DNA from: Candidatus Wolframiiraptor sinensis
GTDB taxonomy: Archaea; Thermoproteota; Nitrososphaeria_A; Caldarchaeales; Wolframiiraptoraceae
Assembly (NCBI GenBank): GCA_023261815.1
Contig: JALNKA010000001.1
Span: 97,347 to 161,346, forward strand
Reading direction: 5' to 3'
DNA: 64,000 nt
Below the pieces are notes generated by a model. The model saw only the letters and a list, made by a program, of their open reading frames with translations, ran no database searches and had not been told where the DNA came from. Of the stretch, positions 36,667 to 47,071 are shown one piece after another. Positions within the stretch are counted from its first letter, which is position 1. Each line of letters opens with the position of its first letter. The position numbers were made by a program, and so were the translations under genes.

Positions 36667-37107
36667 TTGGGCCTTGTCGAGAAGCTCGTGAGAAAATGTA
36701 GGGCGAGAAGCCCTTGGATACTCCTATTCGATACCGGAGCATGCAATGCATGCGATATAGAGATCGCCGCTTGCCTCACACCGCGCTATGATGTCGAGAG
36801 ATTCGGGGTTCTCGCGAAAGGCAGCCCTAGGCACGCGGACATACTCGTCATTACCGGGCCCGTTACCAGGCAGGTCAGGGATAGGCTCATTAGGATCTAT
36901 GAGCAAATGCCGGAGCCGAAGTACGTGGTCGCCGCAGGCACCTGCGCTACAAGCGGCGGGGTATACTGGGGGTGCTACAATACGTATCCGAGCCTTGACT
37001 CCGTCATTCCGGTTCATGCGTATGTCTCGGGTTGCCCAGTGAAGCCTGAGGCGATTCTGAGGGCGATCAGCGTGCTCGTCGAGAAGATCGAGAAGGGGGA
37101 GGCTTAA
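36667..37107 (+). CDS. NuoB/PSST-like (group-4 hydrogenase small subunit type)
   Basis: DTGACNACDIE, GTCATSGG and GCPVKPE cluster N2/proximal-cluster motifs. Confidence 0.85.
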   Translation: MGLVEKLVRKCRARSPWILLFDTGACNACDIEIAACLTPRYDVERFGVLAKGSPRHADILVITGPVTRQVRDRLIRIYEQMPEPKYVVAAGTCATSGGVYWGCYNTYPSLDSVIPVHAYVSGCPVKPEAILRAISVLVEKIEKGEA

Positions 37108-37108
37108 G

Positions 37109-37579
37109 TTGAGCGAGGAGGGTCTTCTCAGAAAGATTACTGAGAGATTTGGAGATAAGATAATTGAAGCTAAGGTTCTCGGGAAGAGAAGGGTCTCCAT
37201 CCTAGTTTCTCCTGATGCTTACAAGGATGTCGTGAGATATGCCGCCCAAGATCTCGGCTTGGAGTTTCTCAGCTGCCTGAGTGGGGTTGATCGGGGAGAT
37301 AGCCTTGAGGTCGTGGTGCACTTGGGATACTCGATGCACGTGCTCATCAAAACCCGCGTCTCTAAGGATGATCCAGCCGTGGACTCGATAACCGATATTC
37401 TCCCAGCCGCGAGCCTCTACGAACGGGAAATACATGATCTGCTGGGCATCGCATTCAAGGGCCACCCGAATCTCAAGAGGATCTTCTTGCCCGAGGATTG
37501 GCCCGAAGGAGTTTACCCGCTTAGGAAGGATTACTCTCCAGAGCATCCAAAGCCATTGAGGGGTGGTGAGGCCGTGTGA
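37109..37579 (+). CDS. NuoC (30 kDa)-like subunit
   Basis: NuoC fold (ERExHDLLGIxFxGHP). Confidence 0.8.
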   Translation: MSEEGLLRKITERFGDKIIEAKVLGKRRVSILVSPDAYKDVVRYAAQDLGLEFLSCLSGVDRGDSLEVVVHLGYSMHVLIKTRVSKDDPAVDSITDILPAASLYEREIHDLLGIAFKGHPNLKRIFLPEDWPEGVYPLRKDYSPEHPKPLRGGEAV

Positions 37580-38769
37580 ACTTCGAGGTTCCGATAGGCC
37601 CCCAGCACCCAATACACGTCGAGCCCCTGATGCTCAGGCTGAAGGTCGAGGGGGAGCTGATAGTAGACGCCGACGTAGATGTCAGCTATATTCATAGGGG
37701 CATCGAGAAGGCTCTCGAGCTCAGGCCATATATTCAGGGACTCTACCTCGTTGAAAGAATATGCGGCATATGCAATGCCGCTCAATCGCTCTGCTACTGC
37801 CTCAATGTCGAGCAGCTTCTCGGCAAGGAGGCTCCCCCTAGGGCGAGGTATCTCAGGATCGTGGTGGAGGAGCTTAGCAGGATTCACAGCCACCTCCTCT
37901 GGCTCGGCCACTACCTCCACACGCTGGGATTTGAGACCCTCTTCATGTACTTCTGGAGGGATAGGGAGAGGGTAATGGACATGCTGGAGCTCATCACGGG
38001 TAATAGAGTCACCACGGCCTATAACACGATAGGCGGAGTGAGGAGGGATCTGCCTCCGGGTGCGGAGCAGAAGCTCAGGAGAACATTGGATTACATCGAG
38101 GAGAGAGTGCGCTACTATGAGAAGGTGATAGACTCGGAGCCGACCATCCTCGCGAGAACTCAGCGGGTTGGGATCCTCAAGCCGGGAGATGCGGTGAGAA
38201 TGGGCGTCACGGGCCCGCACCTAAGAGCCTCAGGAATAAAGCACGATGTCAGGCTCGATGACCCGTATAGCGGGCATGATGAAATCCCGTTCAACGTCAT
38301 CACGTGGGACACGTGCGATTGCTACGCCAGAGTGAAGGTTAGGCTCAGGGAAACCAGCGAATGCGTGAACATGATACGCTATGCTCTCGATCACATGCCA
38401 TCCGGCGACTATAGGCTGAAGATCCCGCCGTTCTTCAAAGCCCCTCCCGGGGAGTCGTTATCGAGGGTTGAGGCGCCGAGGGGCGAGCTCGTCCATTACT
38501 CGATCTCGGATGGCGGTGATAGGCCATACAGGTATAGGGTTAGGACGCCGACGCTCGCGAACCTCCTATCCGTAGTAGAGATGCTCAGGAGCAGGGGCGA
38601 CTACGAGGTCTACATAGCCGATGTCCCGGCGATCCTCGGCGGAATAGATCCATGCATATGCTGCAGCGCGAGGATCTTGATCACCGACGAGGCCAAGAAA
38701 AGGAGGATGATCACGACGCTCGACGACATCATAAGATTCTCGCGCGGAAGGAGGGTTGAGAGAAGATGA
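37576..38769 (+). CDS. NuoD-like / group-4 [NiFe] hydrogenase large subunit with Ni-Fe ligand cysteines retained
   Basis: ERICGIC near residue 61 and DPCICCSAR near 38647-38673. Both Cys pairs that true NuoD has lost are present here. Confidence 0.8.
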   Translation: MNFEVPIGPQHPIHVEPLMLRLKVEGELIVDADVDVSYIHRGIEKALELRPYIQGLYLVERICGICNAAQSLCYCLNVEQLLGKEAPPRARYLRIVVEELSRIHSHLLWLGHYLHTLGFETLFMYFWRDRERVMDMLELITGNRVTTAYNTIGGVRRDLPPGAEQKLRRTLDYIEERVRYYEKVIDSEPTILARTQRVGILKPGDAVRMGVTGPHLRASGIKHDVRLDDPYSGHDEIPFNVITWDTCDCYARVKVRLRETSECVNMIRYALDHMPSGDYRLKIPPFFKAPPGESLSRVEAPRGELVHYSISDGGDRPYRYRVRTPTLANLLSVVEMLRSRGDYEVYIADVPAILGGIDPCICCSARILITDEAKKRRMITTLDDIIRFSRGRRVERR

Positions 38770-39731
38770 TCGAGAAGATCCTTGCCACGGTATTCTTCCC
38801 CGGAGCAATCTTCATACTGGCGGTCTCGCTCTTTTACGAGTGGGTTGATAGAAAGCTGTATGCGAGGTTCCAGAACAGGGTTGGCCCCCATCTGGCGGGC
38901 CCCTTTGGGCTCTTCCAGCCGATCGCGGACCTCATCAAGCTACTCTCGAAGGAAGATATCGTTCCAATGGCCACCGATAGGTTCCTCTTCACGCTGACGC
39001 CGATTCTAGCTCCAGCCCTGATCCTCTTCGCCTGCATGTTCCTGCCAGTGGCCGGGCCATCCGGCATAATCTCGTTTGAGGGAGACCTGATAGCAGTGAT
39101 AGCACTTCTCTCGATCTATACGATAACGGTGTATCTCGCCGGCGAGGGCTCGAATAACAGGTTCGCCTCTGTGGGCGCTGTCAGGGCCGCTGTCCAGCTG
39201 CTGGGCTACGAGATACCGCTGACGCTCAGCCTCCTGAGCGTGGCCTTAGCCGCGGGCTCGCTGAGTATTCGCGGAATAGTTGAGGCTCAGGCAGAGAGAG
39301 GTCTCTGGTTCATCGCCGGAATACAGGCAATAGGTTTCGCAATCTTCATCATTGCATCGCAGGCCGAGATGGAGAGGATACCATTCGATATACCGGAGGC
39401 CGAACAAGAGATAGTCGCCGGGTGGGAGGTCGAGTACTCCGGGAAAAGGCTTGCATTATTCAGGCTCTCAAAGGATCTCGAGCTATTCCTCCTCTCGGGG
39501 CTCGGCGCCGCGGTATTCCTGGGAGGCCCAATAGGCCCGGTGATACCGGGGCTCGAGCCGATGCTCTACACAATCTACTTCATCCTGAAGTCCATAATAG
39601 TCCTCGCGATATTCACTTTGGTCAGGGCCCTTTTCGCGAGGCTCAGGATCGATCAAATGGTCTCCTTCTCATGGAGGTATCTCATGCCCCCGGCCATGAT
39701 TCTCATAATCCTGACGGAGGTGATCATGTAG
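38766..39731 (+). CDS. NuoH/ND1-like membrane subunit
   Basis: Eight-TM NuoH pattern ([14 protein letters not shown]). Confidence 0.85.
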   Translation: MIEKILATVFFPGAIFILAVSLFYEWVDRKLYARFQNRVGPHLAGPFGLFQPIADLIKLLSKEDIVPMATDRFLFTLTPILAPALILFACMFLPVAGPSGIISFEGDLIAVIALLSIYTITVYLAGEGSNNRFASVGAVRAAVQLLGYEIPLTLSLLSVALAAGSLSIRGIVEAQAERGLWFIAGIQAIGFAIFIIASQAEMERIPFDIPEAEQEIVAGWEVEYSGKRLALFRLSKDLELFLLSGLGAAVFLGGPIGPVIPGLEPMLYTIYFILKSIIVLAIFTLVRALFARLRIDQMVSFSWRYLMPPAMILIILTEVIM

Positions 39732-39733
39732 GG

Positions 39734-40084
39734 ATGAAGGTTCCCGGGCGCCTAGTGGCGGAGGCCCTGAAAAGCTTGTTCAGGAGAAGGGCCACGATTC
39801 TCTACCCATACAGGGAGCTCGACAAAGTTCATCTACCCGAGGGATTCAGGGGAAGAATAGAGTTCGATCGCTCGAAGTGCATCGGGTGCCAGCTCTGCTT
39901 CAGGGTCTGTCCCGCGAAGGCCATCGAGATCGTAGATGATGAGAAGGGAAAGAGGCCGATCTTCTACATCTACAGGTGCATATACTGCGCTCAGTGCGCC
40001 GAGGTCTGCCCGACCAAGGCGATAAGCATGAGCAAGATCTTCGAGAACATCGCCCTAAGAAAGGAGGACATGGTGGTGAGATGA
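39734..40084 (+). CDS. NuoI (TYKY)-like 2x[4Fe-4S] subunit
   Basis: [12 protein letters not shown] and [12 protein letters not shown] motifs. ATG at 39734 directly after the nuoH stop. Confidence 0.85.
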   Translation: MKVPGRLVAEALKSLFRRRATILYPYRELDKVHLPEGFRGRIEFDRSKCIGCQLCFRVCPAKAIEIVDDEKGKRPIFYIYRCIYCAQCAEVCPTKAISMSKIFENIALRKEDMVVR

Positions 40085-40326
40085 TGGAAGCAGTTCTCCA
40101 CATAGCGATGATAGCGCTCACACTCGTCTTCGCGATAATGGCCGCCGAGCTGAAGGACATGATGAAAGCCGTGCTCGCGTTCATGTGCGCGAACATAACC
40201 ATGGCCGCGATATTCTACCTCCTTGGAGCGCCATACCTCAGTGTTTTCCAGCTGCTAGTGTACGCGGGCGCGGTCACGATACTCCTTCTAGCAACGATAC
40301 ATGCTGGCGAGGAGAGGGGTGACTGA
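40081..40326 (+). CDS. NuoJ/ND6-like N-terminal half (3 TM)
   Basis: Small hydrophobic protein in the NuoJ position. Its ATG overlaps the nuoI stop. Confidence 0.5.
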   Translation: MMEAVLHIAMIALTLVFAIMAAELKDMMKAVLAFMCANITMAAIFYLLGAPYLSVFQLLVYAGAVTILLLATIHAGEERGD

Positions 40327-40327
40327 G

Positions 40328-40585
40328 ATGGAGATTACGAGAATAGCCGCCGCGATACTCGCGATACTCCTAGCAGCAACTTTACTGGCCTACTCGCCTA
40401 AAATAATCCAGAACATCCGGGCGCCGAGCCTCGAGCCCACGAGGATCGAGGAGAACCCGCAGTTCCTCTGGGCTAATCGCTGGCTCGACCTCCTAGTCCA
40501 GGCATTCATGCTCTTTGCGGTCATCGCGGCGGTCTCCGCCCAGCTTAGGAGGGATATGGGCTCCCGGAGGGCGGAAGGAGAATGA
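40328..40585 (+). CDS. NuoJ/ND6-like C-terminal half (2 TM)
   Basis: A second small membrane protein, one nucleotide after the previous stop. Together the two are NuoJ-sized. Confidence 0.45.
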   Translation: MEITRIAAAILAILLAATLLAYSPKIIQNIRAPSLEPTRIEENPQFLWANRWLDLLVQAFMLFAVIAAVSAQLRRDMGSRRAEGE

Positions 40586-40902
40586 GCCTCCACGAGATCT
40601 ATTTCGCGGGCTCCCTTCTCCTGATAGTCGCCGGTCTCTACGCGATCGCATCGAAGAGGCATCTGGTCAAGATCGTGATAGGTCTCGAGGTCGTGACTCT
40701 GGGAGTGAACTTGGCGATAGCATCCATGGGTGTGAGGATAGTGGATGGCGCCCTTGTGATGGATGCTCTGGCCCAGAGCATGATCGCGATCTCGATAGCG
40801 GTGGCCGCGGCGATAACCGCATTAGCCCTATCAATAGCCCTAAACATCTACAGGCATTATGGGACATTCGACATCAGGAAGCTTAGGAGGCTGAGATGGT
40901 GA
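40582..40902 (+). CDS. NuoK/ND4L-like subunit
   Basis: Three-TM protein with the conserved Glu-containing helices (GLEVVTLGVNLA). Confidence 0.75.
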   Translation: MSLHEIYFAGSLLLIVAGLYAIASKRHLVKIVIGLEVVTLGVNLAIASMGVRIVDGALVMDALAQSMIAISIAVAAAITALALSIALNIYRHYGTFDIRKLRRLRW

Positions 40903-42455
40903 TAATCGTGAATCCTCTTAACATAATCTTGATCCTGATCGGAGCCGCGTTCCTCATCGTAATCCTCGACCCGATCTTCAGGAGGGCGAGGTTAATAGAG
41001 TTCGGGGGCGTGATCGCGAGCCTCGCGTTCACCGCGACGCTGATAATCTTGGCGATTGAGGCGGCAGCCGGGGCCACAGCTAGAACGGTGATATTCGGTC
41101 CGGATTCCCCTTTAACAGCCTCGCTCAAACTCGACGCACTAAGCATCTACCTCTCGATGATCTTCTCCGGCCTCGGCCTCATGGCCTCAATATACTCGAT
41201 CAGATACATGCTCTTCGATGTCGAGCATCTGCCCCTCGATGACCTCCTCTGGACCAGGAGAAGAGAGCTGGGCTTTGACAGATACTATGCCCTCCTCCTG
41301 ACACTGGTCGCGGGGATGATCGGCGTCACCATGGCAAACGATTTCTTCACGCTCTACGTATTCTGGGAGCTCATGGCGATCTCATCATATTCGCTCGTCG
41401 CTTTCAGGAAGTGGTCTTGGGAGGCGGTCGAGGCGGGCTTCAAGTATCTCGTAATGAGCACCCTCGGATCGCTCGCAGCGCTCCTCGGGATAGCCCTGCT
41501 CTATGGGCTCGCTGGCTCGCTCCGATTCGACGCCGTAAGGGCCGCGGTCTTCGGCGGAAACATTGCGGCCACATTCTCCCTCGCGATGATCGTGATAGGC
41601 TTCGGCGTAACGGCCGCGATCGTCCCATTCCACTCCTGGCTCCCCGACGCGCACTCCGCAGCGCCAACCCCCATCGTAGTCCTATCCGGGGTCGTGATCA
41701 AAACCGGCGTCTACGCGATACTCTGGTCCATGTTCAGGGTATTTGGCCCGGCAACATACGGCTTCGGCCCAATCCTGATAGGCCTCGGCATCCTTACGAT
41801 GAGCTTCGCCAACATCGCCGCCCTGATGCAGACGGATATCAAGAGATTTCTAGCATACTCGAGCATAGCCAACATAGGTTACATAGTCATGGGGCTGGGG
41901 CTCGCAGCCCACATCCTGAAAGCACATCCATCCGAGATCGGGCCAGCGGCTCTCGCGCTAGCCGGAGTACTCCTCCACGTGCTCAACCACGCGCTCGGAA
42001 AGGGCCTCTCATTCCTCTCAGCAGGATGTTACATAATCAGGACGGGATCCAGAGAGATAGGAAGCCTCGAGGGAGTCGGGCCCAGAATGCCCATAACAAC
42101 GGCATCGCTCGGAGTTGGGCTACTGAACCTCGCCGGAGTCCCGCCGCTGAGCGGATTCTGGAGCAAGCTCCTCATAATCTCGGCCGGCCTCGGTGTTCCC
42201 TCGGACAACCTGATGCTCGCGGCGACGATAATCTTCATACTGAACAGCATCTTAGCGGCCGGCGGCTACCTCTGGCTCCTCCAAAGGCTGGCCTTCAAGA
42301 GACCGGGATCGAGCGGGGCTTACGGGGAGATTAAGGAGGCGCCCCCGCTCATGCTAGCGCCCCTAATAATCCTCGCGGCCGCCTGCATAATGGTCACGCT
42401 CATGCTGAACCCGATCCTCCAGTTCATACAAAATATCCTGGAGGTGATCATGTGA
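40896..42455 (+). CDS. NuoM/ND4-like (Mrp antiporter-like) subunit
   Basis: FHSWLPDAHSAAPTPIVVLSGVVIKTG motif. Confidence 0.75.
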   Translation: MVIIVNPLNIILILIGAAFLIVILDPIFRRARLIEFGGVIASLAFTATLIILAIEAAAGATARTVIFGPDSPLTASLKLDALSIYLSMIFSGLGLMASIYSIRYMLFDVEHLPLDDLLWTRRRELGFDRYYALLLTLVAGMIGVTMANDFFTLYVFWELMAISSYSLVAFRKWSWEAVEAGFKYLVMSTLGSLAALLGIALLYGLAGSLRFDAVRAAVFGGNIAATFSLAMIVIGFGVTAAIVPFHSWLPDAHSAAPTPIVVLSGVVIKTGVYAILWSMFRVFGPATYGFGPILIGLGILTMSFANIAALMQTDIKRFLAYSSIANIGYIVMGLGLAAHILKAHPSEIGPAALALAGVLLHVLNHALGKGLSFLSAGCYIIRTGSREIGSLEGVGPRMPITTASLGVGLLNLAGVPPLSGFWSKLLIISAGLGVPSDNLMLAATIIFILNSILAAGGYLWLLQRLAFKRPGSSGAYGEIKEAPPLMLAPLIILAAACIMVTLMLNPILQFIQNILEVIM

Positions 42456-44452
42456 TGAGCCTCGAGCTCTGGGCTATGCAGGCCTGGGCTAGCTGGATTA
42501 TACCGCTGGTCGGCGCACTGCTGACGCCACTTCTCGCCAGGATCGGCGGCAGGGCGAGGGATTATGGAGCCGTGGCATTCTCATTCCTCGCGATGCTGAT
42601 GACCTTGAGCCTGATACCGCTATTGTTCGAGGATGTTAGCTGGCCTTTGAGGAGCCAGGTTTCATGGGTGCTTCTGCCGGAAGCGCCGGCGCTCTCGGAG
42701 ATAAAGGCCGGGATTATGCTCGACCCGCTCAGCATAATAATGGCTAACATCGTCTCGGCGGTCAGCTTCCTGATAATGGTCTACTCTCTCGGATACATGC
42801 ACGGGGACCCGGGCCTCACGAGATACTGGTTCTTCATGAACTTCTTCATCGCGAACATGCTCCTCCTAGTGCTCGCCGACAACCTCATTCTCATGCTGGT
42901 CGGCTGGGAGGGCGTGGGCCTCTGCAGCTACGCGCTCATAGGCTACTGGTATCAGGACTCGAGGGGGGGCTGGCTGCACTACTGGGTCGGCGAGCCGCCA
43001 GAAACTTACCCGCCATCACACTGCGGCATGAAGGCCTTCATGGTAACTAGGCTCGGAGATCTCTTCATGATCGCGGGGATACTGATCCTAGCGGCCGCCG
43101 TCAAGACCGTGAGCTTCCCAGAGCTCATACACGCCGACTCGCTAGCCCCAGCGGACCTTAGATGGCTCCTCCCGATCTCCCTCATACTGATCCTCGGCGG
43201 GGCCGTGGGCAAGTCGGCTCAGCTGCCGCTAATGGAGTGGCTCCCGGACGCGATGGCCGGCCCATCATCCGTCAGCGCGCTGATCCACGCTGCCACGATG
43301 GTTAAGGCCGGGGTATACCTCGTCGCGAGGCTCTTCCCCATAGCTGTCAGCTGGAGCGCGAGCCTGCCGGCGACGATGAGCTTCTTCTATACGGTCATGT
43401 GGATCGGGGCTTTAACGGCATTCATCGCCGCTAGCCAGGCAATAGTCTCCACCGAGCTCAAGAAGGTTCTAGCATACTCGACCGTCAGTCAGATAGGATA
43501 CATGATGATGGCCCTCGGCGCCGCCGGCCTCTCGGCCGAGATAATAAGCGGATATATGGCCTCGATATTCCACATGATGAATCACGCTGTCTTTAAGGCT
43601 GCACTCTTCCTCGCGGCCGGCTCGATAATTCACGCATCAGGATCGAGGTTCCTGAGGGATATGGGCGGCCTCCGGAAAAGCATGCCGATAACGTTCTACA
43701 GCACGCTTCTCGCGACCCTAGCTCTCATGGGCCTACCCCCCTTCGGCGGATTCTGGAGCAAAGACCTAGTCCTCTCAGCAGCATTATCCTCCGGAGAATA
43801 TGCGGTCTTCATTCTCGGCTTAGCCACGGCGATCCTAACAGCATTCTACAGCATCAGGATGATAGGGCTGGCCTTCTACGGCGGGAAGCGCGAGAAGGCA
43901 CATGAGGCGCCGAGGATCATGTGGGCGCCATACTTGATTCTAGCGGCTCTCAGCCTCGCGCTGGGCCTGATCGCCCCTATGCTCGAGGGATTCCTCGAGG
44001 AATCCCTATCACGCATCCTACCCATCCACGCGCATAAGGTGGGCGAGACTCATGGAGCGCAGTTCATCATCCCGCTGGCATCGATTATCGCCATCATCGT
44101 TGGAGCGGCTCCAGCCTACCTGATCTACGTGAGGAGGGTTAAGAGCTCGGAGGAGATAGTCGAGAGGCGCGGCTACATGAGGGTGCTCAGGACACTACTG
44201 GTTAGAAGATACTACATCAATGCCTTCTACTACAGGGCCATCGCCTATCCCTCAATAAGGCTCGGTTGCGCGATCCAGAGAGCATTCGAGTCCAGGGTGA
44301 TAGAGGGAATGAATGAAGCGCTATCCATCGGAGCGAGAAGATTCTCTGACATCATTAGGAGGGTGCACACGGGCTTATTGAACCACTATGTTATTGGGCT
44401 CATCCTCGGTGCCCTAATACTCATAATCCTAATCCTGGCTGGAGGTGCCTGA
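42452..44452 (+). CDS. NuoL/ND5-like antiporter subunit with a long C-terminal extension
   Basis: 666 aa with the WLPDAMAGPSSVSALIHAATMV motif and a C-terminal amphipathic arm. Confidence 0.8.
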   Translation: MMSLELWAMQAWASWIIPLVGALLTPLLARIGGRARDYGAVAFSFLAMLMTLSLIPLLFEDVSWPLRSQVSWVLLPEAPALSEIKAGIMLDPLSIIMANIVSAVSFLIMVYSLGYMHGDPGLTRYWFFMNFFIANMLLLVLADNLILMLVGWEGVGLCSYALIGYWYQDSRGGWLHYWVGEPPETYPPSHCGMKAFMVTRLGDLFMIAGILILAAAVKTVSFPELIHADSLAPADLRWLLPISLILILGGAVGKSAQLPLMEWLPDAMAGPSSVSALIHAATMVKAGVYLVARLFPIAVSWSASLPATMSFFYTVMWIGALTAFIAASQAIVSTELKKVLAYSTVSQIGYMMMALGAAGLSAEIISGYMASIFHMMNHAVFKAALFLAAGSIIHASGSRFLRDMGGLRKSMPITFYSTLLATLALMGLPPFGGFWSKDLVLSAALSSGEYAVFILGLATAILTAFYSIRMIGLAFYGGKREKAHEAPRIMWAPYLILAALSLALGLIAPMLEGFLEESLSRILPIHAHKVGETHGAQFIIPLASIIAIIVGAAPAYLIYVRRVKSSEEIVERRGYMRVLRTLLVRRYYINAFYYRAIAYPSIRLGCAIQRAFESRVIEGMNEALSIGARRFSDIIRRVHTGLLNHYVIGLILGALILIILILAGGA

Positions 44453-44455
44453 AAA

Positions 44456-45940
44456 ATGATGGACGCGCATCACCTGCTCCTCCAATCCATAATCGCCCCT
44501 CTCATAGCCTCGCCGATAATCCTGGCACTCGGCGGCAGGTTCGGGAGAAAGGTTGGCTGGGTCGCGCTGATCCCGCTAGTCTATTCCGTGTTATGCCTAA
44601 TCACCGCGGGATACGTGGTCCATGAATCCGGCTCGCCACTCCAGGCATCCTATCCATGGGTTCAGCTCCTCGGAGACTTCATACTCCTCTTCGACGGCTT
44701 GAGCGGCCCAATCGCCATGACGATCGCTGTGGTCGGGCTCCTAGCATGCATCTACTCGATCGCCTACATGGATCTCCGCGATGGATGGGGAGGCTACTTC
44801 TCCTTATACCTCCTCTTCGACGCTGGCATGCTAGGTGCAGCTCTCTCCGCGAACCTTGCAGCCTTCTTCATCTTCATCGAGCTCATGCTGATAGCATCAT
44901 GGCTCCTGATAGCATTATGGGGCGGTGAGGATAGATGGCGCGCGGCCCTCAAATACTTCCTCTACACTAAGGCGGGAGCCTTGATCCTCTTGGCAGGCAT
45001 AGGGCTAACATACTCCATCGTGGGAACGCTGAACATCCTCGAGCTCGCCTCGAAGGCCGCCGGCCTGAGCTCTTCCATGATCTCCCTAATAGCCTCGCTG
45101 ATGATAGTAGGCTTCCTCGTTAAGATGGCGATCTTCCCGCTCCACTCCTGGCTTCCCGACGCCTACGTCCAGTCTCCAGCCCCCGTTACGGCGATATTCT
45201 CGGCTGGGACCGGCATAGGGGGCTACGCTGCTCTTAGGATAATCTACACCGCCTTCCCGCAAATGATCTCGCAGAGGGGCTTCATGCTCGCGCTGCTCGC
45301 CCTCGCCCTGATAACGATGATCTACGGCGGATACCTGGCCCTCGCGCAGAACAATCTGAAGAGGCTTCTAGCGTATTCCAGCATAAGCCAGATGGGCTAC
45401 ATGCTTCTCGGCGTAGCCTCGGCTTCAATCATAGGGCTGGCCGGAGCCGCGCTGATATACGTGGCCCACAGCCTCTCGAAGGCTATACTTTTCATGATCT
45501 CGGGAATGCTCTCTAGGACCATTGGCACAGATAACTTGGACGAGCTCGGCGGCCTAGCCGGAAGAATGCGAGCCATGAGCATAGCCTTCATGGTGGGATT
45601 CCTGAGCCTGATGGGCTATCCGCCGCTCCTCGGATTCTGGGGGGAGCTCCTCATCTTCGCCGGATCGATATACTCAGCGCTCCACCCCCCATTCGATGCG
45701 CTGAGGCTCGTGCTAACGATGATCGCGATAATCTTCTCGCTGATCACCGCGGGATACGGGCTCTGGGCAATAAGAAGAAGCTTATTTGGGGAGGAGTCCG
45801 AGGCCGTGAGAAGAAGCGGGCCCGAGCCGCGGCTCATGCTAGCGCCCATAATCGCCTCCGCAATACTCTTGGCGGCTCTGGGAATCTACCCGACCATGTT
45901 GACGAAGCTCCTTGAAACCTTGGCCTTAATCCTCGGCTAG
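44456..45940 (+). CDS. NuoN/ND2-like antiporter subunit
   Basis: LHSWLPDAYVQSPAPVTAIFSAG motif. Confidence 0.75.
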   Translation: MMDAHHLLLQSIIAPLIASPIILALGGRFGRKVGWVALIPLVYSVLCLITAGYVVHESGSPLQASYPWVQLLGDFILLFDGLSGPIAMTIAVVGLLACIYSIAYMDLRDGWGGYFSLYLLFDAGMLGAALSANLAAFFIFIELMLIASWLLIALWGGEDRWRAALKYFLYTKAGALILLAGIGLTYSIVGTLNILELASKAAGLSSSMISLIASLMIVGFLVKMAIFPLHSWLPDAYVQSPAPVTAIFSAGTGIGGYAALRIIYTAFPQMISQRGFMLALLALALITMIYGGYLALAQNNLKRLLAYSSISQMGYMLLGVASASIIGLAGAALIYVAHSLSKAILFMISGMLSRTIGTDNLDELGGLAGRMRAMSIAFMVGFLSLMGYPPLLGFWGELLIFAGSIYSALHPPFDALRLVLTMIAIIFSLITAGYGLWAIRRSLFGEESEAVRRSGPEPRLMLAPIIASAILLAALGIYPTMLTKLLETLALILG

Positions 45941-46150
45941 GCTCATGGCCTCCTCGATCGCTCTCAGCATCTCGAGAGCGCTCTTCTCATCTAGGACCCT
46001 TATCGCATATCCCGCGTGGACTAGGACGTAGTCGCCCACTCCGGCGTCAACCATCGCCAAGATAACCTCCCTCCTAACACCATTGCCGAAGTCCACGACC
46101 CCGATATCCCCCTTTACCTCGACGACCTTGCCGGGAACTGCGTAGCACAT
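45926..46150 (-). CDS. hypC: hydrogenase maturation chaperone HypC
   Basis: MCYAVPGKVVEV N-terminus in a 74-aa protein. Confidence 0.85.
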   Translation of the reverse strand: MCYAVPGKVVEVKGDIGVVDFGNGVRREVILAMVDAGVGDYVLVHAGYAIRVLDEKSALEMLRAIEEAMSLAED

Positions 46151-46187
46151 CCAGGATAATGGGGATCCAGCCGCCTATTAAGGAACT

Positions 46188-46595
46188 CTAATGGATGGGC
46201 ATAATCATGTAGGTCAGCTGCTTTATCCTCCCAATACCCCTCAGCCTTCTAACAAGCTCCTTGATCTCGGAGGCCCTACCCCGGACGGCCACGACGAGCA
46301 GGCAATCCTCTTCCGAGAGATGAATGTGGAGGCTCGATGGTATGAGCTTCAGGAACTCGTGCTGGGCATCGGTCAGCTTCTCCTCGATGCCATGCTCCTC
46401 GTGAGAGTAGTGGATGAGAATCGCGCCGGCAACCTCCTCATCAGCAATCCTCCAGGAGTTCATCGCGATGAAGCCCCTCACAGCTTCTTGAATCGCCTGA
46501 GATCTAGACGCTATCCCAAGATCCCCGATAATCCTATCGAATGTCTTCAGGAGGTCCTCGGGAAAGGAGACGCCCGTCCTAATAATCCTCCCCAT
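46188..46595 (-). CDS. nikR: nickel-responsive regulator NikR
   Basis: Ribbon-helix-helix N-terminus and a Ni-binding C-domain (HYSHEEH...HIHLSEEDC). Confidence 0.8.
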   Translation of the reverse strand: MGRIIRTGVSFPEDLLKTFDRIIGDLGIASRSQAIQEAVRGFIAMNSWRIADEEVAGAILIHYSHEEHGIEEKLTDAQHEFLKLIPSSLHIHLSEEDCLLVVAVRGRASEIKELVRRLRGIGRIKQLTYMIMPIH

Positions 46596-46645
46596 AATGC
46601 TGGGTTATGGTGCTCGGCTCTTATAACGATATTCCAGCCGCCCCC

Positions 46646-47071
46646 TCAGGGACCCTCGACGAGCTCCTCCTCGAAGAGCTCCGCCAAGCTCATTCTCATG
46701 ATCCTCCTCGCGTCCTCTTCTGCCGAGTTCAGCGATCTCTCAAGCTCGGATAAAATGCTCCTCCTAGCTCTGAGCTCAAGCCTTCTAAGGCCCAGCGCGA
46801 ACACCGCTTTCAGATCTGGCCCCTCAACGATCTCTATATTCAGCTTTCCGAGCGTGCACCCGGTGATGTACTGGATGCCGTCCGCGAAGCACGTGTACGG
46901 CGTGGAGATCTTTGGGACGATTATCCTCGCCCTCATCTTGAAGGGATCGTATCCCAGCGCCTCGATCGCCCTGAGCCCAGCCCTGACGCCTAGAGCTAGG
47001 AATGGGCCGATGTGGCAGTGGAGCATTGACGCTTCCTCCAGAATCCTATCGAGAATGTTCGATGGCTTCAT
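46646..47071 (-). CDS. FmdE/FwdE-domain protein
   Basis: MLHCHIGPFLALGVRAG and CFADGIQYITGCTLGK motifs. Confidence 0.65.
   Translation of the reverse strand: MKPSNILDRILEEASMLHCHIGPFLALGVRAGLRAIEALGYDPFKMRARIIVPKISTPYTCFADGIQYITGCTLGKLNIEIVEGPDLKAVFALGLRRLELRARRSILSELERSLNSAEEDARRIMRMSLAELFEEELVEGP

Noticed and set aside
41411-42334. 307-aa ORF on the plus strand, Arg/Pro-rich (MVLGGGRGGLQVSRNEHPRIARS...)
   Set aside because: It is an alternative frame of the nuoM-like gene. The composition is not protein-like, which is typical of spurious long ORFs in GC-rich coding DNA.
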